Below are positions 9,096 through 19,400 of a stretch of 64,000 nt of DNA, in pieces (the first letter of the stretch is position 1; each line of letters begins with the position of its first letter). Below the pieces are notes generated by a model. The model was not told where the DNA came from. It was given only the letters and a program-made list of their open reading frames with translations, and ran no database searches. Source of the DNA: Gemmatimonadales bacterium (lineage in GTDB: Bacteria; Gemmatimonadota; Gemmatimonadetes; Gemmatimonadales; GWC2-71-9); contig DATDFC010000041.1 of the NCBI GenBank assembly GCA_036522815.1, positions 3,765-67,764 on the forward strand, in the 5' to 3' direction. The translations under genes were made by a program, and so were the position numbers.

Positions 9096-9595
9096 GGATT
9101 AGGCCACGAGGCTCGCTTGGTTGTAATGATGATAACCCCGTTTGCCCCGCGCGATCCATAGACACTGGTGGCGGCGGCGTCCTTGAGCACGTCGATGCGG
9201 CCCACGTCGCGCGGGGCCACGCCGGCCAGCGCGTTGCCGAGTGAGCCTTGCGGCACCGGTATGTCGTCGATCACCAGCAGCGGCTCGTCGGCCTGGGTCT
9301 GGCCCATGAGGCTGTGACGACCGCGGATGCGCAGCGTGAAGGTGCCGTTGGCGAGCGGGAGCACCTCGAGGCCCGGCACGCGGGCCTGCAGCAGAGACTC
9401 GATGCGCGTGACGCGCGCGTCCGCTTCGGTGGGGGAGACGGACGTGATGGCGGCTGTCGCATCGCGCTTGCTCTGGGTCCCATAGCCAACGGAGATCTGG
9501 TCGTCGGGGGTCGGGACCTCGATCCGGCGCGATCCGGTCGGCCCGCAGCCGGTGACCAGCGCGACGGCAAATCCGCAGCAGATGGCGTGCTTCAT
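9092..9595 (-). CDS. Stand-alone TonB-dependent receptor plug-domain lipoprotein
   Basis: Lipobox 'VTGC'. SusC-type plug motifs 'VGYGTQ', 'IRG', 'EPLLVIDD', 'IDVLKDAAATSVYGSRGANGVIIITTKR'. Stops straight after, no barrel. Confidence 0.85.
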   Translation of the reverse strand: MKHAICCGFAVALVTGCGPTGSRRIEVPTPDDQISVGYGTQSKRDATAAITSVSPTEADARVTRIESLLQARVPGLEVLPLANGTFTLRIRGRHSLMGQTQADEPLLVIDDIPVPQGSLGNALAGVAPRDVGRIDVLKDAAATSVYGSRGANGVIIITTKRASWPNP

Positions 9596-9627
9596 ATCTC
9601 CCCCTCGAGTCAGGGTAAGGCCGGTTC

Positions 9628-9653
9628 AACCCTAGTGGCGGACGCGTGGTTCC
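9628..9653 (-). promoter_or_regulatory. Possible ECF-sigma promoter (GGAAC-N17-GGTT) for the plug-DUF4384 pair
   Basis: Minus strand reads GGAAC cacgcgtccgccactag GGTT. A second GGAACC lies 10 nt further upstream. Confidence 0.35.
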
Positions 9654-9728
9654 TTCGGGTTCCTTTCGCAACGCGGTGGAGAGTGTTGCGTTGGCGCTAC
9701 GGTCGAACATACAACATTCATAGAAACG

Positions 9729-9762
9729 CCGCACCCTGCCGGGGTTACTCGGCAGGGTGCGG
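9729..9762 (-). terminator. Probable intrinsic terminator after susD1
   Basis: Perfect 13-bp stem CCGCACCCTGCCG / CGGCAGGGTGCGG, followed on the minus strand by CGTTTCT. Confidence 0.7.
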
Positions 9763-9785
9763 GCAGGCGGGAGAACAGCCGGTGC

Positions 9786-11306
9786 TCAGTAGCCGGAGTT
9801 CTGGATCAGGGCCGGATCGAGGTTGATCTGCGTCAGCGGTATCGGCCAGCGCTGCTTGAAGGTCCGGAGGTCGCGTTGCAAAGTCGCTGTTGCCGGGATC
9901 GAATCGCGCTGCTGCAGGGCCATCGCCCAGGAACCCGGCTCCAGCTTGTCGAGCCGGACCAGGTCAAACCAGCGTTTCGCCTCGTGCGCCAGCTCCCAAT
10001 CGCGCTCCTGATAGATGGCGTCGCGCACCGACACCTGGTCCATTGGGCCGGTGTAGTCAGCCGGGCTGGCGCGGTTCTCCGCCCCGGTGCCCTTGCGGGC
10101 CCGGGCCCGAATCATGTTGAGGTAGGTCACCGCTTCGGTGGCGTTCCCCAGCTCGTTCTGGGCCTCGGCGTACATCAGGAGTGCCTCGGCGTAACGGTAC
10201 AGCGGGAAGTCCGTATCGGGCGGGCCTCCCACGCCCCCGTTCGAGGGGCGGTACTTGTAGACGTTGGGCCAGGCAAAGGTGACACATCCGACGTTCGGGT
10301 CGGTGCTGCATCCCGAGGTGCGGTACGTCACCTCCTTGCGGTAGTCACCGGCGAGGTAGGAACCGTAGTGCCATGCCGTCGGTTGCCCGACGACCTCGCA
10401 CCCGCCGCCGGTGCCGAAGCCAAGCGCGCGCGGCAAGATCATGCAGCCGAGGTTCATGCTGGTCCCGCTCTGGACGCCCGAGCCCGGGATCAGGAAGATC
10501 ATCTCCTTGTTGCCGTGGTTGGCAGGCAGGAAGGTGCTCAGGTAGTCGTCGTTCAGGCCGTAGACCCCTGAGTCGATGACCTTCTTGGCCCAATCCGACG
10601 CCAGCTGCCACTCGCCCGTCTGGCGGTAGCTCGAGCGCCACAGATACAGATCCGCGAGCGCCATCTGCGCGGCGCCTTTGGTGGCCCGGCCCAGCTCGTT
10701 CTTGGGTCGCGTGGCCGGGAGGTCCGCCTCGGCCGCAGTCAGGTCCGTCACCACCTGCCCTTCCACCTGAGCGACCGGGGTTCGCGACACCCGCAAGTTG
10801 GCGTGGTCCGCTTCGGAGAGGAGCAGCGGGACGTCGTCATAGAGCTTACTCAGCAGCAGATAGGCGTACCCTCGCAGGAACGTGGCCTCGGCGAGCAGCT
10901 CCTGTCGCTCCGCGGGATCCGAGAACGTCACGGCGGGAGCCCGGCTGAGCACGAGGTTCGCACGGAAGACGATGTTGTAGAGACCGTTCCACGGGGACGT
11001 GACGCTCGAGGTGGTTGCGTCCCAGCGCAGGAATTCGGGGTGATACGTCTGGTAGTTCGGCTCGTCGGGGTGCATCCGCACCTGGTCCGACGCCATGTCC
11101 ATCGTCAGCCAGAGCCACCAGCGGTACAGGTCGTCGGTGCCGAGCGGCTGGTAGGCGACGAGCGTGGCGCTGCGGACGTCGGCGGGCGTCTTGTAGTACG
11201 TACCCTCGGTCGGGAAGGACCGGGGGGTCTCCGTGAGCAGGTCGCTGCACGCAACGATCGCCAGCGAAAGCGCGAGCTGTGCGATCCAGCAATGTCTCGT
11301 GGTCAT
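9786..11306 (-). CDS. SusD/RagB family outer-membrane lipoprotein (susD1)
   Basis: Lipobox 'IVAC', 'AEATFLRGYAY', 'RYAEALLMYAEA', 'ERDWELAHEAKRWFDLVR', 'QNSGY'. Start set at the ATG after GAGG (ORF extends to 11318). Confidence 0.92.
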   Translation of the reverse strand: MTTRHCWIAQLALSLAIVACSDLLTETPRSFPTEGTYYKTPADVRSATLVAYQPLGTDDLYRWWLWLTMDMASDQVRMHPDEPNYQTYHPEFLRWDATTSSVTSPWNGLYNIVFRANLVLSRAPAVTFSDPAERQELLAEATFLRGYAYLLLSKLYDDVPLLLSEADHANLRVSRTPVAQVEGQVVTDLTAAEADLPATRPKNELGRATKGAAQMALADLYLWRSSYRQTGEWQLASDWAKKVIDSGVYGLNDDYLSTFLPANHGNKEMIFLIPGSGVQSGTSMNLGCMILPRALGFGTGGGCEVVGQPTAWHYGSYLAGDYRKEVTYRTSGCSTDPNVGCVTFAWPNVYKYRPSNGGVGGPPDTDFPLYRYAEALLMYAEAQNELGNATEAVTYLNMIRARARKGTGAENRASPADYTGPMDQVSVRDAIYQERDWELAHEAKRWFDLVRLDKLEPGSWAMALQQRDSIPATATLQRDLRTFKQRWPIPLTQINLDPALIQNSGY

Positions 11307-11314
11307 GGTCATCC

Positions 11315-14300
11315 TCACAAGCCGACGGAGATGCCGACGTTGACGACGCGGGCGCGCGGGTACGCGCCGGCATCGACGCCACGGTAGCGGGAATCGCCGC
11401 CGATGCTGTTGACCTCGGGATCAAACCCGCTGTAGCCGTCGAGCACGAACGCATTCTGCGCGGTCAGGTAGAGACGCGCCGTGCTGGCGCCGGGCAAGAG
11501 TCGCGGCGGCAGCTGGTAGGCGAGCGTGATCGTCTGCAGCCGCAGGAACGAGCCATCTTCCACGAACGTGCTATAGAGGCGCCGGGGCCGGGCATTGTTG
11601 GCGCGTGGGATCATCGTATTGGTGTTCTGCGGCGTCCAGCGATCGAGTACCTCGGCCCGCTCGTTCAGGAACCCGGTCGCCAGCTCACTGAACACGTTGT
11701 TGACGTTGGCGACCTTGTTACCGTACGAGAAGTTGAAGAACACGTCCAGCGAGAGCGGTCCCAGCGCGAGATTGTTGCCGAAGCCCCCGTAGAATTTCGG
11801 CTCGGTGTAGCCGATGATGGTGCGATCGGCCGGCGTGATCAGGCCATCGCCGTCCAGGTCCGCCACCTTGTATTCGCCCGGCGTACAGTCCGCCGTCTGC
11901 GGCGGCTGCAGATAGCAGGCGTCGCCCGGTTGCCACAGGCCGGTGACCTTGTAGCCGTAAATGGCGCCGAGTGGCTGGCCCACCTGGACGACGAAGCTCT
12001 CGTTGCCGTCGAGGAACCAGCCGTACCGCTCGGCGCCGGGGAACATGACATTCACGCCACCCAGGTCCAGCACTCGGTTACGGTTGGCCGCCACGTTGAG
12101 GGAGCTGCGCCAGCTGAAACTGCCGCGTTGCAGGGTGAGCGTGGAGAGCCCCAGCTCGACGCCCTTGTTCTGTACGGAACCGACGTTGCGCAGCTGCCGC
12201 GAATAGCCCGACGTCCGCGGCAGGTTCGTCCACAGCAACAGGTCGTTGGTCACGGAGCGGTAGGCGTCGATCGTGAGCGAGAGGCGGTTGTCGAACAGGC
12301 CGGCGTCGATGCCGATGTTGGCCTGCCGGGTCGTCTCCCATTTGAGGTTGGGATTCGGGGCGTCGCCCGACGGCACCAGGGTCACGACCTGCGTGTTCGT
12401 TCCGATGCCGACGAAGACGGGGACCATGCGGGCGAGCGACTGGTACTGGCTCACCGCCTGGTTGCCGGTGGTCCCGTAGCTGAGGCGCAGCTTCAACTCG
12501 CTGAAGGGCGACCGGCCCCGCAGGAACGGCTCATCCGACACGCGCCAGGCGAACGCGGCCGAGGGAAAGAAGGACCACTTGTTGTTGGCGCCGAACCGGC
12601 TCGAGCCGTCGCGTCGCGCGGTCACCGTGAACAGGTAGCGATCGCGCAGATTGTAGTTGGCACGGCCGAACATCGAGAGCAGGCCCCAGTCGTTGTAGCC
12701 ACTCGACACCGTCCGCTGGCTCGACCCCGACCCCAGGTCGTACCACTCGATCTCATCGGTCGGGAAGTTCTCGGCGTGCGACCCTGACGACTCCCACTCC
12801 CCCGTCTGCACCGAGAGCCCGCCCAGCAGATCGAGCGTGCCGGGTCCGGTGGGGCGGTGGTAGCTCACGGTGTTCTCGTTGGTGATCTCACGCTCGTAGC
12901 CCGTACCCATGCTGGCGCTGCCGTTGACGGACGCGCCGGCCGCGACGGTCCGCGGGGCGAAATAGGGGTTCCGCCAGAAGTGCGCGTTGGTGCCGATGGT
13001 GCTCTTGAAGCGCAGCGCGTCGTTGACCTGGAACTCGGCGAACACGCTGCCGACCAGACGCCACTCGTTCCGCTGGTCGGTGATCTCGGAGATGTTGGCG
13101 AGCGGGTTCTCCAGCTGCTCGCCCAGGATCGCCCGCAGGTTCCAATCGCCGTCGGCGTTCTTCGGGGGAAGGGACGGATCGAAGTTCATGGCGGCGAGGA
13201 TGCCGCGCGCGCTGGCGCCGATGGCACCGTTCTCGGTCCAGTCGATGGACTGCTTCACCCGCGCCACGCTCAAGTTCGTGCCCGCCCGGAAGCGGTCGCT
13301 CATCTCGCGGTCCAGGTTGAAGCGGAGGCCATAGCGCTCGAATCCGGAGTGGATGATGATGCCGTCCTGGGTCAAGTAATTCCCCGAGAGGAGGTAGCGC
13401 GTCTTGGCGTCGCCGCCCGAGAGCGTGAGCGCATGGTTCTGCTGGGCGGCGGTCCGCAGCAGCATGTTCGGGTAGTTGTACGTCTGCGCGCTCGCGATCT
13501 GTTGCGGGGTATAGCGCGCGGTGCGGCCGCCGTTGACGTAGGCTTCGTTGACCAGCGTCATGTATTGGGGCCCGGTGAGCACGGGAATCCGCTTGCTGAT
13601 GTCCTGCATGCCGTAGCTCGACTCCAACGTGACGCGATCGTGGCCGCGCTGGCCGCGCTTGGTGGTGATCAACACCACCCCGTTGGCGCCACGCGAGCCG
13701 TACACCGCCGTGGCCGAGGCGTCCTTCAGGATCTCGACCGACTCGATATCGCCGGGATTGATCTCGTTGAGCGGGTTGTAGGTCGGGTCGTCGGAGTTCG
13801 TGCCCTGCATGGCCGGCAGCCCGTCGACCACGTAGAGGGGCTCGCTGTTGGCGCTGATCGACGCGGTCCCGCGCACGCGCACGCTCGCGCCGGACCCGGG
13901 GATGCCGCTGTTCACGACGACCTGGACACCGGCGGCCTTGCCCTGGAGGGCGTTCGAGACCGCGCTGGTCGGGGCCGCCTTGAGCAGCACGTCCTCGCCG
14001 CGCACCGAGGCCACGGAGCCGGTGAGATCCCGCTTCTGGACCGTGCCGTAGCCGATCGCCACCACGGTCTCGAGCTGCACCGCCTGCTGCTGCAGGGCGA
14101 GGTCCGCGGTGGCGGTCTGCCCCGCCACCACGACGACGCCCGTATCCACCGTGCTGCTGTAGCCGATGAGTCGAGCGCGGACGCGGTACGCGCCAGGGGG
14201 CACGTTGGCGATCGTGTACCGGCCGTCGGCGCCGGTGGCGCCCTCGAGCCGCGTGCCGACCACCGTGACGCCGGCGCCGGCGAGCGGCGCGCCCGTCTCT

Positions 14301-14410
14301 TGTGAGGTCACGGTGCCGGCGATCGTACCTGTTGGCTGGCCCACGTCCTGGGCCGTGCCCACTCGAACCGGCAAGCTCAGACACAGCAATAGGACACCGA
14401 AGCGTTTCAT
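11315..14410 (-). CDS. SusC/RagA family TonB-dependent transporter (susC1, no STN domain)
   Basis: GGAGG RBS then MKRFGVLL. Carboxypeptidase-like domain, plug 'LKDASATAVYGSRGANGVVLITTK', barrel motifs 'RRDGSSRFG', 'LKWETT', 'EDGSFLRL'. Confidence 0.95.
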   Translation of the reverse strand: MKRFGVLLLCLSLPVRVGTAQDVGQPTGTIAGTVTSQETGAPLAGAGVTVVGTRLEGATGADGRYTIANVPPGAYRVRARLIGYSSTVDTGVVVVAGQTATADLALQQQAVQLETVVAIGYGTVQKRDLTGSVASVRGEDVLLKAAPTSAVSNALQGKAAGVQVVVNSGIPGSGASVRVRGTASISANSEPLYVVDGLPAMQGTNSDDPTYNPLNEINPGDIESVEILKDASATAVYGSRGANGVVLITTKRGQRGHDRVTLESSYGMQDISKRIPVLTGPQYMTLVNEAYVNGGRTARYTPQQIASAQTYNYPNMLLRTAAQQNHALTLSGGDAKTRYLLSGNYLTQDGIIIHSGFERYGLRFNLDREMSDRFRAGTNLSVARVKQSIDWTENGAIGASARGILAAMNFDPSLPPKNADGDWNLRAILGEQLENPLANISEITDQRNEWRLVGSVFAEFQVNDALRFKSTIGTNAHFWRNPYFAPRTVAAGASVNGSASMGTGYEREITNENTVSYHRPTGPGTLDLLGGLSVQTGEWESSGSHAENFPTDEIEWYDLGSGSSQRTVSSGYNDWGLLSMFGRANYNLRDRYLFTVTARRDGSSRFGANNKWSFFPSAAFAWRVSDEPFLRGRSPFSELKLRLSYGTTGNQAVSQYQSLARMVPVFVGIGTNTQVVTLVPSGDAPNPNLKWETTRQANIGIDAGLFDNRLSLTIDAYRSVTNDLLLWTNLPRTSGYSRQLRNVGSVQNKGVELGLSTLTLQRGSFSWRSSLNVAANRNRVLDLGGVNVMFPGAERYGWFLDGNESFVVQVGQPLGAIYGYKVTGLWQPGDACYLQPPQTADCTPGEYKVADLDGDGLITPADRTIIGYTEPKFYGGFGNNLALGPLSLDVFFNFSYGNKVANVNNVFSELATGFLNERAEVLDRWTPQNTNTMIPRANNARPRRLYSTFVEDGSFLRLQTITLAYQLPPRLLPGASTARLYLTAQNAFVLDGYSGFDPEVNSIGGDSRYRGVDAGAYPRARVVNVGISVGL

Positions 14411-14642
14411 GGCAGCCTCCGGCAGCGAAGCGGTGAGGCGAAGCTCGAGAACTGCGGGAACGGGATAGCGAGGCGGGCGACGTCGAATTCGACGCCGCTG
14501 TCGGCGTGCGGACACAACAAGACGGACATGGACGTCGTCCCCCTGGGCGGCACAAGGGTGCAACGGTGACGGTCGGCGACGGGGCACTTCAAATTCGAGG
14601 CCGGCGCGATCGCGAATCGGCCCGCGTCGCGCGCGTGCCGAG

Positions 14643-14658
14643 TGTGACAAGACTCACA
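14643..14658. promoter_or_regulatory. CRP-family-like binding site
   Basis: Exact TGTGA-N6-TCACA (tgtgacaagactcaca), about 230 nt upstream of the susC1 start. Confidence 0.55.
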
Positions 14659-14811
14659 AGGGGTTAGCGCCGCGCGCGCGATCGGGCGGCGGGCCGCGTG
14701 CGTTGCGCGTCGTCTACGACGTGCTCGTCACCGATGCGGAATGCGTGCGACGTCGACTACGTGCGACGGGTCAGCCGGGCGATGATGCGAACGTGCAGCT
14801 TGGAAGCGAGC

Positions 14812-14839
14812 CGCCCCTCGCCGAACGAGCCGAGGGGCG
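14812..14839 (-). terminator. Hairpin just downstream of susD2
   Basis: 9-bp stem CGCCCCTCG / CGAGGGGCG, 7 nt after the stop codon. Weak U-tract. Confidence 0.5.
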
Positions 14840-14846
14840 CGTGCGA

Positions 14847-16451
14847 TCACGGCACGGTCACGCCGGCCGGACAGGGGGTGCCACCGTACCCCGGGTTCTG
14901 ACAGAGGGCGGGATTGGCGTCGATCTGTGCCTGAGGAATCGGCCACCGCTTCTTGTACTCGTCCGGCGCCGTCTTGGGCGGTGCGAAACTCGGATCGTGC
15001 GCGATGAGGCTGTTCTTCCAGTAACCCGGCTCCTCCGAGTCGCGCCGCACCAGATCGAACCAGCGCTTGGCTTCGAAGGCGAACTCCCAGGCGCGCTCCA
15101 TGAAGATCGCATCGCGCACCGACAGCTTGTCCATCGCTTCGCCGGCGGTACCGTAGTCATGCGGCTCGGTGCGGGCCTGGGCGCCGGTGCCCTTGCGGGC
15201 GCGGGCGCGGATCATGTTCAAGTACTGCACGGCGACGCCGGTGTTGCCGAGCTCGTTCTGCGCCTCGGCGTAGATCAGCAGCGCTTCGGCGTAGCGGTAC
15301 AGGGGGACGTCCACGTCGCCCAGCCACCAGGTCGCGCCGTTGTCGCTCTTGCGGTACTTGTACGGCATGGGTCCGTCCCCCAGCGTGTCCGCACAGATCG
15401 TCAGGCCGCAGCCGCCCGCGACGTACGCCGAGTCGGTCTTGTATCCCTCGAAGCCGCGCGATCCACGGTAGTCGCCCCGGAGATAGCTGTTCAAGAACCA
15501 GTCGGTCGGGTGGATCAACCCCCAGCCGCCGCCCTGCCCGGCGTCCAGTCCCCAGTCGCGCGGATAGTAGAAGAGCTGAAAGATGTTGCTGGTGCGATCG
15601 ACGACGCCGGAGTTGGTGACCACCAGGATCTCCTCCGGGTTGCCCTTGTTGCTGGGCAGGAACGTCTTGATGTAGTCGTCGTTGAGCGACCAGAGACCGG
15701 AGGCGATGACGCTGTCGGCCCAGTCGGAGGCGAGCTGCCACTCGTTCTTCCCCATGAAGCTCGAGCGCCAGAGGTACAGGTCGGCCAACGCCATCTCGGC
15801 CGCCCCCTTGGTGACGCGCCCCTGGGTCGGGTCGCCGTAGCCGTCGTCCCCCGACCATGCGGCGGGGAGGCCCGCCTTGGCCTCGGTCAGATCCTTGATC
15901 ACCGCCTGATGAACCGCTTCGACCGTGGCGCGGGTCGGGCTCGGGTTCGCCTGCTCCTCCGGAGTGAGGAGCAGCGGCACCCCGTCGTACATCTTGCTCA
16001 ACCGCAGATAGGCATACCCGCGCAGGAACTTTGCCTCGGCGAGATTATACGCCTTGGTGAGGGTGTCCGAGGTCTGAATGCCCGGTCCCTTGGCGAGCAC
16101 CAGGTTCGCCTCCGTGATGACGGCGTAGTGGGTGCCGAACGGCACCGTCGCACGACCGCTCGACGCGCTCCAGTTGAGACGGTCGGGCCCGTAGGTCCCG
16201 GCGTTGGGCTCGCGATTGTCCGCGCGCGTCTGATCGGACGCGAGCTCGGGCGTCGTCCAATTGCTTTGCCCTTGGAACCCGCGCAACGCACTGTAGATCG
16301 CGAGCGTGCCGCTGTTCAGATCGGCGCCCGTCTTGAAGAAGGTGTCGGTGGTCGTGAATCCCTTGGGATTCTCGAGCAGCAGGTCGGAGCACGCGGCGAG
16401 CGACAAGCCGACCGCGAGCACCAGGGGCGTAAGCGATGGCTGGTATCTCAT
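14847..16451 (-). CDS. SusD/RagB family lipoprotein (susD2)
   Basis: GAGGA RBS, MRYQ..., lipobox 'LAAC', 'AEAKFLRGYAY', 'RYAEALLIYAEA', 'FEAKRWFDLVR', 'QNPGY'. Confidence 0.92.
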   Translation of the reverse strand: MRYQPSLTPLVLAVGLSLAACSDLLLENPKGFTTTDTFFKTGADLNSGTLAIYSALRGFQGQSNWTTPELASDQTRADNREPNAGTYGPDRLNWSASSGRATVPFGTHYAVITEANLVLAKGPGIQTSDTLTKAYNLAEAKFLRGYAYLRLSKMYDGVPLLLTPEEQANPSPTRATVEAVHQAVIKDLTEAKAGLPAAWSGDDGYGDPTQGRVTKGAAEMALADLYLWRSSFMGKNEWQLASDWADSVIASGLWSLNDDYIKTFLPSNKGNPEEILVVTNSGVVDRTSNIFQLFYYPRDWGLDAGQGGGWGLIHPTDWFLNSYLRGDYRGSRGFEGYKTDSAYVAGGCGLTICADTLGDGPMPYKYRKSDNGATWWLGDVDVPLYRYAEALLIYAEAQNELGNTGVAVQYLNMIRARARKGTGAQARTEPHDYGTAGEAMDKLSVRDAIFMERAWEFAFEAKRWFDLVRRDSEEPGYWKNSLIAHDPSFAPPKTAPDEYKKRWPIPQAQIDANPALCQNPGYGGTPCPAGVTVP

Positions 16452-16468
16452 GGCTGTGTCCTCGCGGC

Positions 16469-19400
16469 TCAGAAGGTGGCCCGGACGCCGAAGTTCCACA
16501 CGCGCGACCGCGGGTAGGCGCCGATGTCGATCAGGCCATAGCGCGGATCCCCGCCCTGGCTGTTCACGTCTGGGTCGAAGCCCGAGTAGCCGGTGATCGT
16601 GAACAGGTTCTGGCCCGTGACGTACACGCGGGCCGACGCGGCGCCACGGAACAGCAGGCCCGCCGGCAAGTCGTAGCCGAGCGTGAGGGTCTGGAGCCGC
16701 AGATACGATCCGTCTTCCACGAACGTGCTGTAGAGCGAGCGGGCGCGGTCGCGATTGGGTCGCGGCACCATGGTGTTGGTGTGCGTGGAGTCCCAATGAT
16801 CCAGCACGCAGGTCCGCTCGTTCGCCTGCATGATGTCGAGGCAGCCGTACGCGTTTCCGGCGTTGATCACCTTGTTGCCGTACACGAAGTTCAGCAGCGC
16901 GTCGAGCGAGAACCGGCCGTAGGTGACCGTGTTGCTGAAGCCCCCGAAGAACTTCGGCTGACTGTTGCCGAGGATGGTGCGGTCGGCCGCGGTGATCTTA
17001 CCGTCCCCGTTCAGGTCGGCGACTTTGTACTCGCCTGGCGTGCAGGCAGTCTTGTCCGTGAGGTAGCACGCGGCGCCTGTATCGCCCCGCTGCCACAGGC
17101 CGGTGACCTGATAGCCGTAGATCGCGCCAAGCGGCTCGCCCACGCGCACCAGGTACACGTCGCCCGCGTCGAAGAAGTTGCCCGTCCGTGGAGTCACGGT
17201 GAACTGCCTGATGGGCACGGGCTTGCCCGAGGTGTCCGGGCGCGTCCCGAGATCGAGCACTTGGTTGCCGTTGTGTGAAAGGGTCAGCGTACTGCGCCAG
17301 TTGAGGTCGGGGCGGGAGACGTTGACGGTCGTGAGCGACAACTCCACGCCGTTGTTCTGGATCGATCCGACGTTTTGCAGCTGCTGGCTGTAGCCGGTCG
17401 TCACGGGGACGTTCATCAGGAGCAGCAGGTCTCGCGTCTTCGAGCGGTAGACGTCGAGCGAAAACGCGACCCGATTGTCGAGCACCGCCCCGTCGAGCCC
17501 CGCGTTGAACTCCGTCTTCTGCTCCCAGTGGAGGTCCGGATTGGGCATGAGGCTGCTCAGCGTCATCGCTGGAATCTCCGTCGGGCCCGATGCGACCCAG
17601 CCGACCGAGAGCTGTGACAGAGACTGGTACGGGTTGACGGCCTGATTGCCGACCGTGCCGTAGCTCAACCGCAGCTTGAGATCGCTGAACAGCGACTGCC
17701 CCCGCATGAACTGCTCGTCGCCCATGCGCCAGGCGAAGGCGCCGGACGGGAAGAAGCCCCACTTGTGGTTGGCACCGAACACACTCGAGCCGTCGCGCCG
17801 CCCGGTGAGCGTGAAGAGGTATTTGTCGGCGACGTTGTAGTTGGCGCGCCCCAGGTAGGAGATCAGCGCGTGCTCGCTGACGCCGCTCCCCGGCGGATAG
17901 AGCTGCGATCCGGAGCCGAGATTGTAGACGTTGGTGAAATCCGTCGGGAAACCCGCCGCGGTGGCCGTGACACTCTCATCGTACCACGTCTGCACCGAAA
18001 ACCCGCCCAACAGGTCGAGATTGCCGGGTCCCAGGGGACGCGCGTACGTAATGGTATTCTCGCTCGTGAGATTGCGCCCCTGACTCGTGTACATCCACCC
18101 GCTGCCGCTGTTGCCGCCATCGAGAATGGTACGCGGGGCGAAAAAGTGGATCCCATCGAACTGGAAGTTCCCACCCAGAGTGCTCTTCAGCTTGAGCGAG
18201 GGGCTGAGCGCCAGCTCACCGAACACGCTGCCCAGCAGACGGGACGTGGTGTTCAGGTCGGTCTCCTCGAGTGCGTTCGCGATCGGATTCGGGACGGGCT
18301 CCGTCGAGGGGGAGGTCTTGATCCAGTTGCCGGCCGAGTCTTTCGGCGCCTGGAACGGGGCGAACTGCATGGCCGCCTGGATGCCGTTGGCGCTGTTCCC
18401 GAGCGAGCCGTTCTCCACTCGGGCGGCGTTGCGCGCGACGCGCGTCATGCTCAGGCTCGAGCCCCAGCGGAACCGGCTGCTCGCGTTGCCGTCGAGGTTG
18501 AGCCGCACGCTGTAGCGGTTGAAGTCCGAGCCGATCTCGATGCCCTGCTGCCGCGTGAAGTTGCCGCTGATCAGGTAGCGCAGCTTCTGGTCACCCCCGG
18601 ACAGACTGAGTCCCTGATTCGCTTGGAGACCGGTGCGCAGCATCATCGCAGGGTAATTGTACGTCACAGCGGACGCGATCTGTGCGGCGCTGAACGGCAC
18701 GCTCGCCGGGGCGCCCCCGGCGTTGAGATACGCTTGGTTGGACAGCTGCATGAACTGCGGGGCGTTCAGTACCGAGATCGTCTTCGCGATGTTCTGGAAG
18801 CCGACGCTCGACTCCACTGTGAACTGCGTTGTGCCCGTCTGACCCCGCTTGGTGGTGATCAGCACCACGCCGTTGGCGCCGCGCGCGCCGTAGATCGCCG
18901 TCGCGGACGCGTCCTTGAGAATGTCGATCGACTCGATCTCGTTCGGGTCGACTGACATCAGAGGATTGTTTTTGGGGTCGGTGTCGTTCGACCCCTGCTC
19001 CGCCGGCAGGCCGTCGATCACGTATAACGGCTCCGTGTTGGCCGTGATCGAGCCGGTGCCCCGCACACGCACCTGGATCCCCACGCCCGGCATCCCGGAA
19101 TTCGAGGTCACCTGCACGCCCGCGACCTTGCCCTGCAGGCCGGCGGTGAGCGTGACCGTCGGAGCCGCCTTGGTCTCGAACTGCTCGGCGGTCACGGACG
19201 CCACCGCTCCGGTGAGATTCCGCCGGTCGGCGGCACCATACCCGATCGCGACGACCGGATTCAGCTCGATCGCACTTCTGGCCAGCTGGACATCGGCGAC
19301 GGCCTGCTCACCGTCCTGCACCGTCACGCTGACCAGTGCCGCCGTGTAGCCCAGCATGCGTACGCGTATCCGATAGCTCCCCGCCGCGACCCCGGGGATC

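Noticed and set aside
9092..9595. Plug-only gene as a susC pseudogene
   Set aside because: It has its own RBS, a lipoprotein signal and a clean stop coupled to the next gene. No barrel remnants are evident.
14397..14410. GAAGCGTTTC at the susC1 start, matching the LacI-like site at 51499
   Set aside because: Explained by the codons for M-K-R-F, so probably coincidental.
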